A stretch of DNA of 57,465 bases, filler included, from Sphacelaria rigidula (GCA_964200075.2; 8 parts of 8 records of this genome joined end to end with filler, not necessarily neighbours in it); one strand, 5' to 3'; shown: positions 25,109 through 38,022, numbered from the whole stretch's first letter. Made by a program: numbers and translations. The notes: generated by a model not told the origin, from the letters alone.

Positions 25109-27303
25109 ATTCAGTTGTGATACTGAATAAAAAAACCCAACCCAGTCCTGCGTATGTATAGTGACTGAAGCGCTGCCTGCAATCCACGTACACGAAAACT
25201 CCTCTAGAAAGATTGAGAATTTTCGGGTCTGCGGCGAAATGACGTCGGGAATACTGTGCGGCAAAATGAAGTAATATCCTGCATCAACCATTCAATTATG
25301 AGCGGACACCACTTGTTGTGATTCTGCGCTGTACTTGTATCACCCTCAAGCCGGAAGACAGTTATTGATTAATAGAGTGGTATAGTCGGCCAAGCATGAC
25401 AGCTACCATGCATGTATATGTGCCAGACCGTATAGCGAATCCTCTGCAGTCGTCAGTATCTCGCGCCTATGACATACATAGGAGAGAGATCGCATGGTGC
25501 TACCCCCCTGCATATATATGCTCTTTCCCGTCATCATGTAGACGGATTTTTTTTCAGTTAGGTAGCTGAATCTGAATTTTTGTTTTGTCTCGGGTACGCC
25601 TATCATTATAACCACGGCTGGATCCATGGGGAATCAGTAAAACTAAAACTGCGACAATCAATAAATCCTTCAACCATAGCGTTCGCTTGGATTGCGCTCG
25701 TGGTGCGTGTACAATCCCTTCACCAAAAATCACGGTGGTGGGTGGCAAATATATAGACCATGAGGCGGCAGCATCTAAGATGCAAGGCGAGTTTATGTGT
25801 TTTTGACCCTTTGACAGCGAGGGTAGGCGATTTGTTGGATCGGCATCATCATACGGTATACCTCATTATATTTCAAGCTTAAGATACGCTGGTTGAACAG
25901 ATCGCCTGCAAGTGGCGCCCCCACTCAATTCAACAACCGCTTCATTTGCACGAGACTCGTGGCTCGTTTCCTCTGTCGGACAGCCAACATGACTCAATTA
26001 TTGAGGATTTAGCGTGAGGGTCGCTCTTATCGTCATCACAACTGTTCATTGTGCACAACAAGTTCTCAGGGCGAGACCAAAAAAACCAGCGAAGAGAAGG
26101 AGCAAGCGTCGAGAAGCAGCAGCATGTTGAGTGATTGTCACCGCAACCAGGGCAACGGACTCATGATTGCAGCGGCGAATCAACATGCTGCTTTTCGACG
26201 CGTGCTTCGCTCTTGGCTGCTTTTTCTTTCTCTCGGTAAGGTAGGCCCTTGTCATATGCATTCTGACCTTTTTAGGCTCAAAAAGCGCTGGGGTGAGAAT
26301 TTCTCAATCAAGTGGTGGGGCGGCCACCAGTACTCTGACAGGGAAAGGGTGAAGGCGGCGGGTATTTTTGGCCTGTCTCCAACTTCCGACCAGTAGTATC
26401 GCCCGCCGTGGCACGCTCATTTACACCGTACCCTAGCTAGTACCTGCAGAGATTGAAGTGATTTGGAGGGTTTATTGCAGTTATGGGCCCCCACTGAAAG
26501 GTGTTACTAGAAGTGTCTCAAACTCGAGGTTCCTGGTGTATCTGATTGTAAATTACTGTGAAATATGGCGGGAATCTCGAGTTTGAGATGCTGCACCTCT
26601 ACTAAGGGATCTTTTCAACGGATTTGTTGTCCCCCGTCGAAATCTTCGAATTTTTCTAACAGGTTTTACCTTCTCCCCAGATTTTGAGAGCTTCTTGACC
26701 ATCTCAGGCAATAATAGAACATTATTGCAAGACTGACTGTGCGGATTCCTCCGAAAATTTAGCGTCTGGATTTTTTGCAGCTTCTTGTTTTCGAAGAAAT
26801 CTCGTGAAAAGTCGAATAATTCGAGAAAATTCAAGAAAATTTTTGCTTTTCAAGTGGTGCTGCCAACACTACTGTAAGTCCCCGAACTGGACATTTTTTT
26901 TCTCCCCAATTTTCATTTTTCCCGATCGTTGGTTATTTTTTCCGACTTATTCCAAGTTGAAATGCTGGGAAAAAAAATCCGACGGTAGATTTTCGGAGAA
27001 ATCTGTAGTCAGTCTCAGATTGATCTGTCGTAAACCTGCTTATTACACCATCGGAGAAAGTAGGAAATGTTCGAATAGGTCCGAGAACTCGTGAGATGGA
27101 ACTGTCCGAAATAGAGTCGGAGAACCCGGGGGAAAATAAAACAGTGCGTAATACCCCTAAGGCGGAGATTTTATGGTTTTGCCGCCACCCACCACAGGGC
27201 CTACGGGAACAGACTGCGGCACAGTATTTCCAACAAGTTCATCCGCTACCACACACATACTGTACATCATTGCTCGTACGTCAGAGTTACATACTCACAC
27301 AAA

Positions 27304-27661
27304 ACCGGTCGCCCCGGTGGCTCAGTTGGTAACTTCGAAACCCTATTTTGATGATGGTTGGGTCGTGGGTTCAAATCTCGGAGCGATCTGGGATTTTTTC
27401 TCACACAATGCCCAAGAGTGGAGAGCGACTTTGTCGTGGGTACACAAAATTCGACTCCATGGTCGACGAGGGAAAGGGACTGCTGGACTCTTCTCGCATT
27501 GAAAAGAAAAAAAGAAGGCAAGCACCGTAGAAGGAATGTGGAGAATAAAATAAGAAAAACTCCTGTGTTGGCCTTCCTCCTGTGTGACCACGGCTGGTGC
27601 GCCCACATATTATGCCGAAGGTGTAGACCGGCGTCCAGAATAGATGGGATGACAACACATA

Positions 27662-27718
<57 letters not shown>
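27304..27718 (+). mobile_element. Full-length tRNA-derived SINE (about 355 bp plus (CA)n tail)
   Basis: A box tggctcagttgg, B box ggttcaaatc, body shared with three other copies, long (CA)n tail. Confidence 0.88.
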
Positions 27719-29349
27719 CGAAGGAACGTGCTGGCTCTGCGTTTGTGAAATGACAGAATCGTGAGGGGATATCAGGAGGAGGAGGAGGAGGTACACTGTC
27801 GGAGTGCGACGAACGCAACTGTACCACGATACCTTCGACTGGATTTTGGACATGTCCAACCAACCAGTACTACTGAAGGAAAATATATCGTTATGATCAT
27901 CATGAAACGTTTAAAATATAGTAGTCAGCATCAGAAGTTTTCAGAATCCGTATTTGTCATGGTTTTCAAGTTTTTCTCGAGCACTACTATTCTTCATTAA
28001 TACTTGAAAGTGCTAGCGCCGGTAGATTTAGGGGGAAAGCGTAGGCCGCGCTCAAACTGGAGTGCCCAAGTTGGTGTTTTGGGGGCGATACGGACAAGAT
28101 ACACCGTTTTTGGTCCAATGAAAGCAGTTTTCCGGCTCTTACGCCACGAAACGGTAAATATTCAGATGAATGAATACCTATTAAGTTATTCACAATAACG
28201 ATCGAGATCGTGTTTCCCTCCTATACTGCACAGACCTCATTCTAACGTTTTCTGCGGATAGCCTCTTTTCGTTTTTTTTCGCATAACTTTTTCCATGAGC
28301 ACTCGAAAGTGCAATCGTCGACAGCTTTGGCACAAAAGCAGACCGTGCTTAAATCACAATGCCCGAGTTGGTGTTGTGGGGGAGATTTGGAGTAAAGACT
28401 CAGTGTATCAGGAGGGTGTTATTGACCGTAAATGGTCCAAGATGCATGGTTTTCCGGCTTTGGCGCAGTGAATAGATAGATGAAATTTCAAAGAAACAAG
28501 TATATGGTCGGGATCGAGGCGGTCTACCGAAAATACGAAAAAGCTAGAACCTGGGATTGCACTTTCACAGGACCCCCGAAGATCGGTCAAGCCCGTAAGT
28601 CACTCAATATTGATTGCAGATATTTTTTCTTTTAATATTTGTCAAGAGAATTAAAATATCTCCAGGGGCCCATTTTTTGGCATCCNNNNNNNNNNNNNNN
28701 NNNNNNNNNNNNNNNNNNNNNNNNNNNNNTTAATTAATTAANNNNNNNNNNNNNNNNNNNNNNNNNNNNNNNNNNNNNNNNNNNNTGAGGCCAGAAGAGC
28801 TGGGGAGTCCCTCAACAGCATTTAGATGCTTCAGTACTAGCAGACCTGCTAGCGTCACATGTCGGAGCTTCCACTGTCTGTTCTGTTGTGGTGTGTTCAC
28901 GCATTGCAAACACGGTTTGGATTGCATGAACTACGATATTGTCGTTATGTTTGTCTTTGCAGAGAACAATGTTGGTCGGCACGCAGTGCTGGCTGCACAC
29001 TGTTCATGTGTGTGTTGACGTTTTCGTCTTCGGTAAGACGAACAACGCGCTGTCCGTTGCTGCGACACCCCATCTAGTGCCGTGCGTTGGGCGCCTGCAC
29101 TGTACCGTACTTCTGTATTGTGCTTAGTGTACAATACTGTGTTATCGATGATACTGCATTTGTCTGAAACGCGCTACGAGTTAGATCGCACGATCCCTTG
29201 GTTTTAGAGTACTCCCCTGGCGCACGAACACCAACACTTGATTTTAGAGTACTCCCCTGGCGATTCCCAAGCGAAATGGAGCGATCTGATCGGTAGGTTA
29301 CCAAGCGAATCTGTCCCGCTCCAAATGCAGTCTGCCAATATATATATAT

Positions 29350-30400
29350 ATATATAAGTATTTCGATATTTCCCCGTCTAGCATCAAAACAATTGTGGCA
29401 CGTTCCGTCATCTTCACCGTTCTCCACATCTTTCCTCTGGGATCTCCCAGTTTCGACAACTTTTTCCACTGCCCATTTCTCCATACTGTCATGAGTCTTT
29501 TGCACGTCCAGAAGGGAACAATACGTTGTCAGCCCGGCGTCTTTCCTACCTTCAATAATCCGACCTCGTGTGTACACATGGTCTACGCAACTACGGTTTG
29601 GTCTGAAACTTACTTTGAGCGCAATGCTACCGTAGGGGTGCGCTCTTCGCGCGAAATCGTCTCTGGTTCAGGGGCTCCCAACGATTCTGGATGAACAAGA
29701 ATATGGGTCAGGGCATCCCCGTTTGCAATTTTATTCTGGATATCCCTAGAACATCGGAAAAGTAACTCTGGCGTACTCTCACATAATTCATAACTCGTGT
29801 TTTGGATGAGATGAAGAGCCCCTCCTAACACTTATCACCTCGGAAAATATTTGTGCGCCCCGACCGCAGCATCCCTCCGTGCCCCCCGCTGATTTTTTCT
29901 TCCTTCATAAGCATCGTTTCTACTCTATTGTTCAAAATCGTGCACAATTATTTTCCCCACCGTGCTCGGTAGCGTTATCTCTCTAGAGCTACGTATAATT
30001 TCCCGGGTTAGCCTTGTCTCTTCTGAAAAGACTGCCTATACTACGAGGTACAGTACTCCTTTATTATATATTACTCTCTTCACGTGTGTGTGTGTACTCG
30101 TTTTTCCCACATCCACTTATTATACGGCACAGCACAACCATCATGGTGATCATCCCCTCTCCCCCGTACTTGAAAATTCATTCATATGTTTATCTGCCCC
30201 TGCTGCCTTCCTGTTCTTCAGCTTAGCTACCACTCCTTTACCTTATATCTGGTAAGTTCTCTCTGCAATTCTTTGCAGCCGCTATCCTCCCGTTTTGACG
30301 CGTCTACATTTGCCGCTGCCGACGCGTTGATTCCTTTTGCTCCGAATTCTGTGTCGAACTTCGTGCTAACGTAACAAAGATGAACTCGCTGGGGTCTCTT
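29350..30400 (-). mobile_element. Degenerate LINE ORF2 (reverse transcriptase N-terminal half), interrupted by an insertion at about 29610-29872
   Basis: Minus-strand FDTEF...ANVDASKREDSG..LQRELTR, NPGNY, ILNNRVETML..EEKIS, FRPNRSCVDHVYTRGRIIEGRKDAGLTTYCSLLDVQK, TVWRNG..GKMWR..LDGEISKY. These are non-LTR RT domain motifs with frameshifts. Confidence 0.87.
29624..29872. mobile_element. Degenerate MITE-like insertion within the LINE RT
   Basis: Splits the G-[insertion]-FRPN motif. The ends atgctaccgtaggggtgcgc and gtgcgccccgaccgcagcat form imperfect inverted repeats (15/20). Confidence 0.6.
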
Positions 30401-32619
30401 TTCTGTGTAGTTTCGAAATAACGCGTGGAAAATATGAGGAAAAATATTCACGACGAGCTGCTACAGGAGCGTACAACAGCACACACGTGCACTGGGACAT
30501 TGTCGGCAAAACTGAAAACAGCGCGCGCTTAGCCCGTGCTACCCGAAACGAAGGGTATGATGACTGTAACTGTCAGAGTCATACCCTTTGACCCGAAATG
30601 ACACTTTCGGTACGCTGAATTTAATTCAATGCGTGCAATTACCTTGAATGCAGAGGATGCCCCATGAGCATGGAACCAAACCAAACCAGTAAATACTCGT
30701 GAAGTCTTCACGCCATTGCCCTTTCCCAACCATGAAAAGCTGACCGCAGAATGTTTTGGTCTGCATGGGCTAGGCGAATTGTGGCAGGACCAAGACAAGG
30801 GCAATTAGTCTCACGAAGCACAGGAAAGGGGGTGGTACTTTGATATTACTACATGGCATCGCGTATTTCTCCGCAAAACGGGTGCATCAAGCCAAAGAGG
30901 TCAGTGTGATCCACCACAGTACAGCAGACAGTACAGACAGTACTTTACCGGGTACAGGCCGTCTGTCGACAGCATTTCCCTTTAGAATTGCGAGACCGTC
31001 GCTTTCTGACTGGCGTTTTCGGCCCCATATGCTTTGACATATCGTGATACTTCTTGCGGAGTGGCGTGTCCGCATCATCTCTCAGAGGTACATGCGCCCA
31101 CCGTGGGGAACGGGTACGGTGCATTCCCCTCGACACTCGACATGGCTTGGTATTTCTGACCTGCGAGAGGTCTTTTCATCTCTTGACCACAGGAGTACAG
31201 TGCATTGTACTTCTCGTAATTATATATATCAACATGCATAGATATCCCAAGCTCTTGCGCTAGTGAATCAAAGGGTCAAAACTTTAGCATGTTCCGATAT
31301 GCGCCGAAGTCCGGCACCTGAGCGATATGCGGAGGAACCAAACTTACCTTTTCAAACTGTCGTAGAGGGAAGGCGAACGGTTCATCGTGGTTTCCTCCAT
31401 TACCCCTCATGGTTTCAAACGCTACGCCAGGCCCTCACAAATGAGGCAAGCCGTAGGTGTACAAAGGCATGCATGGCAACGAAAACTTCGGGGGTTTAAC
31501 AACTTTCCAGGCATTTGCCTTGTACGGCCATTATTCATAACCTTGATATGCGGCAGCTATCGCCTGTCGCACGTGTTTCAGTATAGCGGCGCACGGTAGT
31601 ATATGCTCAACGCCCATGAGCAAACATGTTGTGTGCACCAACCAGCGGAGCAGCAGTTTTTATATGTATGTCAGCAGGACGTCTGCGCGCAGCAGCAAGA
31701 GCGACACAGATGGGCGTGTGATGGAGGAAGTTATGGCGTCCCCTGGTCATCCTGTCTTTTGCATTTCGTTCCCAACCATCTGTACTGACCGGACCAGCGG
31801 CAGTTCAGCATCTCAGGCACTCTCCAGCGTAGACCAAATGCACTACAGTCAATACAGCTACGAATACAGCATAGAAATGATAGACGTCGGCATGAATTGA
31901 ATTGTTGGTTTTGCAAACGCCACGACGCACCATGCTGGTGGCGCTTTCGGCAGTGTCTTGACTTGTGTACCGCTGACCCACCGAGACACAACAGCAGTAC
32001 AGCAGTTCAGGTATTCTTCAGCGCAGAACCGTCTTCGCAGGACACCACACTATTGTCAGCTTACAGGCCAGGAATGCTGGTTCTGCGCACCAGGGAACTT
32101 ATTCGTTGTGAAATACACAACATCCAACACACAGATGCTGTAGAGCATTTTCAACGTCGACAAGACAGCACTGCCTGCCGACTACAGTTGGTTAAAACAA
32201 AAAAACAGTGCAGCAGCTCAGATAATTCCAGCCGAAACCATCAGTTTTGGCAAGGTCTAAACACACGACTGTGCAGCGACAGGTGCAGTACATGAGAGAG
32301 ATGCTTGTGTGTGCTGTAGTGCAGTAAAGCATGACACATCCCATATTACTTCTTGCGCCAAAATTCTACACGCCCTCGAGCGTTTAAAATTTTCTCCCGA
32401 TTCTGAGCGGTTGGCCAAAGTTTAGGGTCTGTTCAGAATGTTGGGGGTCACTTTTGTTTTAAATCATCATGTTTTTGTTCCGTGAATGTGGTTTTTGTTA
32501 CCACCCGTTGAAAATTTCCGAAAAGTAAAATTCGAACGGCTCCCACAAGAGTCGGTCTTACGTGCCCCCCTTCTCCCTTCGGGAGGCCGTTTTTTCCCCT
32601 TCAGATTACGTTTCCTTCC

Positions 32620-32802
32620 TTGTGTCTTTCACCTCCCAAATCGTGTATATAATGCACGTTACCCCTCAAACACGTGCAAACACGTACTTGTTAGGGACGC
32701 CTGCATGCCGCTGTGGACTGGTTAGACTTTTATTTGATGGTTGTGGTTCGAGACGATCCCAAACGAAGACCATCCTCTGCGGCAACCTTGGACAAGACTT
32801 AC
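32620..32802 (+). repeat. Interspersed repeat shared with about 51500-51690
   Basis: tataatgcacgtta...ctgtgga...gagacgatccc...aagacca...aaccttggacaa(g/a)acttac occurs in both contigs. Confidence 0.8.
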
Positions 32803-33541
32803 AAAAACATGCACACAGCTTACCTCTAGGCTTTGTGCGCGTTGGTATTTGCGCAACACACGCGGGCAATCGGATCCTCCTTGAAACCCCACTGTCTTGC
32901 TTTTTCTGCTCCAGAAAGTAAAGTGGCCCTCTGGAGGACGAAATACCCTCTAGTGGGTCATCATGCCTCTGCAACGGATAGTACACGGGACCGTCAAAAG
33001 GCACATGATCCTCTAGAGCTCGTGATTTTACCGAGAGTGCCTCTGGCGAACCTTGAGGAAAATAATCCTCTGGACGACACTTATTGTAGAGCTCAGTACT
33101 GACGATGAACGTATTGGACCGCCCAGCACATCTTCATTGCTCTTGTGGAGTACACAACGTGCTTCCTGCTGTACCGAAATATCTGAAACTGACATAATAT
33201 TATATGTTACGCAAATCCATCCCCCTCGTACTAAGTGCAGTAGCTGCCAAGTGTATTTGTGGCTGGCTACGACACGCCTTTGGTGCTCATTACGTGATAC
33301 GCACCTGTCACTACGATGGGAAGCAAACCAGTTTTGCGGTGGGTGTTTGACCGCGCCAGAAAGGTAAGGATTCAGATGTTAGTTTGTTGCCGTACGCGGC
33401 AAAACATATGCGAATATAACCTACTACATCAGAACGATAACATTATCCGTAGCAACACTGGGTGGTTTCCTCTAGCCTTGACCCCAGAAGGTATAACTTT
33501 GCGTGAAAAATTTGGTGCCATCATGCCACAACAGCAGGTAG

Positions 33542-34111
33542 ATGGCACTGCTGGTGCGCAAAGAAACGGCTCCAAAACACAGCGTTGTCGAGGATGTTGC
33601 GGCATCGACAATGGAGGCCGTTGCTCTGGCAGCCAAGACGGTGGTGGAGGGGCTGGCGACCGGGATCATTGAGGTTGGAGAGGCCACACCCATCGTCGCC
33701 CCGTTGTTCGTGGCTCTGAAGTTAGCCAAGGAGATGTTCGATGGAGTGAAGCGCCACAGGGAACAGCTGGAAGAGCTCCATGATCAATGCACAGTAATCA
33801 CCACGCACATCATCATCAGGTGCAACGCTCAGTCGTCGAAGATAGACATAGCCCCACTAAAAAAATGTGTGGCTGACCTCATGAGGCTTGCGACAAGTTA
33901 CAGCGTCGGGGGCACGTTTGCCAAGGTCGTGAGGTATCGCCGCGACAAGGACCGGATCGACAGGCTACGGCGTGATATTGAAGCACTGGTACCGATCATG
34001 GGGTTGGGTGGGGTGGTGAGGGTGTCGGAGCAGCTGGAGAGTGTACAGAGCGACATCGATCAAATAGCTGATGCGATCAAGGCAGCGTCTACAGAGCACA
34101 AGGTGCTTCTG
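33542..34111 (+). CDS. Coding exon (190 codons) of a probable NB-ARC/TPR-type (NLR-like) gene encoding a helical MLKL/RPW8-like N-terminal domain; remainder off contig
   Basis: Intact GC-rich ORF ending at a canonical phase-0 donor (ctg|gtgagt at 34112). The pattern PIVAPLFVALKLAK..DGVKRHREQLEELHDQC..IT...DIAPLKKCV..L...DKDRIDRLRRDIEALVPIMGL recalls N-termini of brown-algal NB-ARC-TPR proteins (recalled similarity, not searched). Confidence 0.65.
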
Positions 34112-34741
34112 GTGAGTTGCTGCAGCGATAATACATGGTCATGAGCATTACCGTTCATGGCACACTTCGTTAGGAACATGTTTTTCATGTTGTCAGGTGC
34201 AGTCAGATCGTTGCTTGTGGGGAAAATAGCATACTCTGGACAGTGAACACATTCATAGTTCATTGCCTCAATACTAGATGCGGTGGGGAACCTATCAATA
34301 TTATATATATATAAGGTCCTTCGCCGGCCTTCTGCCGCCAGCGGTCCCTTTTTAGCGGGTCACGGGTGACGCGTTATGAACAGCCAAGCCCTCGTGTTTC
34401 GTTGTGTAGTAAGGAGTTTGAGAAGGAAATGGCGGGTTACGGGTGGTGACGCTTGCAGGGACGGTAGCACCATCATTTTTTTGTAATAGAGTTTCCGTGT
34501 GGCCGTTGTCAGGTCAATCGTATTCTGCACTTTCCGTTTCGTCATTATCATGAACGGTATCTTGGTTGGAAGAGGGTGTGTGTAGTAATGTGTCGTCGAA
34601 CATCAAATGTTGGGATGCGTGTATTATTAGAAGAAATGTGTCGAAGGGTGTGGAAAGGGTAACACACTCCGGGAAGAAAGAATCGATTGCACACCTCAAG
34701 AAGGTGTAGCGTTGAACATATTAAGAGGAAGAACAACAGTA

Positions 34742-35327
34742 CGAGCTGGGCCGGCTTGAAAGCGGCTAAAACTTGCTCACACCACAGCTTCCCCAGTTTC
34801 CCGAATGAACCCGATGTAAGCATATCACTGTGAAGTGTAGACCAACCTGGTGACACACGGCACCGCCCCTGAATGAAGAAAAACAATGATGAAAAATATA
34901 CTGCATAATGTATGACCTTAACGACGGACGAAAAAAAAAATCGGGATTCGAACTCATGACCTCCACAATTGGAGTCTCCCATCACTTGAATTATAGGGGT
35001 GCAGTAGCGTCACGGAAAATGTTGAATGCACGGCCCAATTCGACGACTCTTGAGCTGAATTTCAGGAAGACCTTCTGCACCCAAGGAACTAATACGTCAC
35101 GTGTCCAGCTGCAGATTCTCATTTTTTTCCTGGACTTATGATATCATCTTGTTTTTGCTGAAATTTCAAATGCCTGTAACTTTCTCTTTTTTTTTTTATG
35201 CTGCTCACATCATCTTCTGCATTCTGATTATAAGAAACTGGTGCGAAAATTTCAGCGTCCAACTCCTCATGTCGCGCCGTGCGTCGCCTGAGCGAGATTT
35301 ACACCTACTCTTGGCTGGCCCAGCTCG
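34742..35327. mobile_element. Mariner-type MITE (586 bp) with TA TSD
   Basis: TIRs cgagctgggccggc and gctggcccagctcg (13/14), TA on both sides. An empty-site paralogue aacaacggtacctaatcgaagg lies at about 35706-35727. Confidence 0.85.
34931..35002 (-). mobile_element. tRNA-like SINE head fragment nested in the MITE
   Basis: Minus strand gcacccctataattcaagtg...gaggtcatgagttcgaatcccgattttttttt has a B-box and T-run but no intact cloverleaf. Confidence 0.5.
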
Positions 35328-36060
35328 TACATAATCGAAGGAAAACAATCGGAACTGTAGATAGCTATAAAGGAATACACTCTCAAGCTTAGACGGTCGC
35401 AACACGCGCCGTCCTCGTACATCGAGTGAGAAGCGACAACCTACACATTTATCTCCCGAGTTAGGTAAATCACGTCCGCCGTTCACTAGTTTGGCTTAAA
35501 AGTTATTGCTGAGACAGGAAAGCATCAACAGAGCGCGAAAACTGACCAAAGAAAAGGGGAGCTTAAGTTGATATGAAAAAATTACCGCAAATAGACCGCT
35601 CTCAGACGCTGTTCGACTCTGTGGGTACGACAAAAGAAAACAGTGGACACCTTCAAAATGCGTACAACCTCGAGAAGGTGTAGCGTTGAACATATCAAGA
35701 GGAGGAACAACGGTACCTAATCGAAGGAAAAACAATTGACATTGTAGATAGCACAGGCACCGTAGGTAAGGTGCCGTGTCGAGCGTACCCTGGTATCGTA
35801 GGTATCGTAGATATGACATATGAAAATACTGGATTGGGCGGGAACGGTAGGTATTGAAATCTCGAAATACCCTGGTATCGNNNNNNNNNNNNNNNNNNNN
35901 NNNNNNNNNNNNNNNNNNNNNNNNTTAATTAATTAANNNNNNNNNNNNNNNNNNNNNNNNNNNNNNNNNNNNNNNNNNNNCCGGGTTGCCTGCCTTACGC
36001 GGGGAGGGGCGTGTTTGACAGCGCCATCGCCAACCGCCGCCAACCGCATCGGGGGTCCGC

Positions 36061-36110
36061 CCCTACAAAGTCGGGACGGAGCGCGCCGGGTTCTCGTCGG
36101 ATCAGGCCGG
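36061..36110 (+). repeat. GC-rich interspersed repeat, also at 39315-39410 (-), 50371-50422 (+) and 56904-57000 (-)
   Basis: ctacaaag(c/t)cgggacggagc(a/g)cgccggg...cgga(c/t)cagg is shared across four sites on two contigs. Confidence 0.8.
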
Positions 36111-36299
36111 GGGGGCGAGGGGAGGGGGGTGCAACGCGAGTGAGTTTGTGCATCTCAGGTTGTGAGGTGCGATTGCAAGCTCGAGCAGATTGCAATGAAG
36201 CACGGTTGCGAGGCATGCGCGTGCTGAAGAATTACAAGATCGAATGTCGCATCTACTGCAGCTGCGGAAGTGCTTGTCCGACCTTCGGGTAAACACAAC

Positions 36300-37033
36300 A
36301 GACAGCGACCGACAGTGCTGGTGGCTTGAAGACCTGCCAACCTCAAGCGAAAATGAGCACGCCCCGAGAGGTATGGCTAACGGCGAAGCGATGTGCTCGG
36401 ATGGACTATCTGCTGAACTCCCAAAGCTCGAGTTTGTCAGGGAGCCTTCGGAGATCCTGTGCCACTTCCACAGCATCATCGCTGCTGTCTGGACATCTGG
36501 CGAGGTGCCGAAGGAGTGGAAAGACGCGACTTTCGACTTGCTACACCAGGAGCAGACGGTCGAGTGTGGTAACTACAGCGGCATCGCCCCCGTGGCAAAT
36601 ACTGAAAACCGTAGCCGACAGGCTCGGTAGCTCCTGCGAGGAGGTGGAGATTTTTCCGAAAGAACAGTGCGGATTCCGGCGCCAACGATCGACCGCCGAT
36701 ATGGTGTTCGTGGTACGCCGACTATTGGAGTTGAGCTGGGCGGGCAATATCCCATTGAACATGCGCTTCATTGACCTGCAGAAGTGGCACAACTCCACAG
36801 ACCGTGCTCTCCTCGTCTTGCAGTGCTTGCACCGTTCGGAGTTTCGCCGCGGATTTTCAAGGTCCTTGATATGTGTCAGCGGTGGCTTGCGAGCACGGGC
36901 ACAAGTGGATGACGGCGAAATGTCAGCGTGGTCCCACGTCTGCCAGGGACTCAGGCAAGGATGCACTTTATCTCAGCTACTGGGCAACATCTTCGGTGCA
37001 GCAGTCCTAGAAATTGTCACAGACTTGGTATAA
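36300..37033 (+). mobile_element. Degenerate RTE-like LINE reverse transcriptase fragment
   Basis: MANGEAMCSDGLSAEL, VWTSGEVPKEWKDA, ECGNYSGI, EQCGFRRQRSTADMVFVVRRLLEL, FIDLQK, QGLRQGCTLSQLL. Frameshifted and truncated before the YADD motif. Confidence 0.88.
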
Positions 37034-37818
37034 CTAGATCGTGACTCTGGGAGGTGAAAGTGAATTTCACCCTTTTGCCCGGAAGTGAACCAACGATGAT
37101 GACATCGGGTTTCTTGTTCATCTTTCAGGGATTTTTGAAGTACAACCACCCGGAAAGTCGAAATGAACTCCGAATCGGGAACTCTATCCGTGCATCTCCT
37201 CGTCCAGCATGGTCTCATACTTCTTCACAGAGAACTTCACCTTCGGAGAAACATTCCAGCCGATTCGTTTTCGGAAAATTCTGCAGGGCAGAGTCCGAAT
37301 ATTCGGACAATTTCTGAGATCTCCGAAAATTAGTGTCGATTACAATGGGCCTTATCAACATTGTTGTCTCGGAGATCTCCGAATTTTTCGGACAAGTCCA
37401 CACCATGGACAATACAATATTCCGGAGTATGAAACATGTGTTGCCCGCCCATTTTGTCGACGCGTCGCGTGTTCAATGTATATTGACCGAGCAATATGAT
37501 GATGCGAGAGACGGGTCAACATATATATATATACATGTATATATATATATATGTTGTGCCATCAATGCGTCAAGGCTCGCAACATGAAATCAACCAAACA
37601 GTATATCAAGACACGTGCCACCTCAGTTTGTGATGGCCGAGTAATATTTTGGTGCGGTAAGGCGCCAATGTGTATTCGTCGAGTAATAAATACGTTGGTG
37701 GCCACACGAGTTTCATACATATTGACGATTCGATATAGTCGAAACCCGAAGCGGCAATATATATTTCCGTCCCAACCTGCCGTGCGTCAATGCGTACGGC
37801 ATATGTTGGATGAATAGA

Positions 37819-38022
37819 GTGTGTTTTGTTGTGTAGTCATCCCATTCATTGTGGACGCCAGCCTACGCCTTTCGGTATATGTGGGCGCATCCGCCGGGGT
37901 CACACCCAAGAGTTATTCTTTTTTGCTTTTAGTACTCCACGTTCCTTCTGCGGTGCTTGCCTCAGTATCTTATCGAGAGAGGGGTTCAACGATCCCTTTC
38001 TCTCGTCGACCGTAAAGTCGAA
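37819..38022 (-). mobile_element. 5'-truncated copy of the (CA)n-tailed SINE
   Basis: gtcatcccattcattgtggacgccag...atatgtgggcgca...gtcacac...gcggtgcttgcc...ctcgtcgaccg matches the family. Confidence 0.8.

Noticed and set aside
27310..27385. Functional tRNA genes here or at 20428, 50873 and 19531
   Set aside because: A/B boxes are present but there is no paired acceptor stem or proper anticodon arm; they are SINE heads or fragments.
29203..29262. Short direct repeat ttttagagtactcccctggcg, two copies
   Set aside because: Only two copies at a LINE truncation junction; a simple local duplication.
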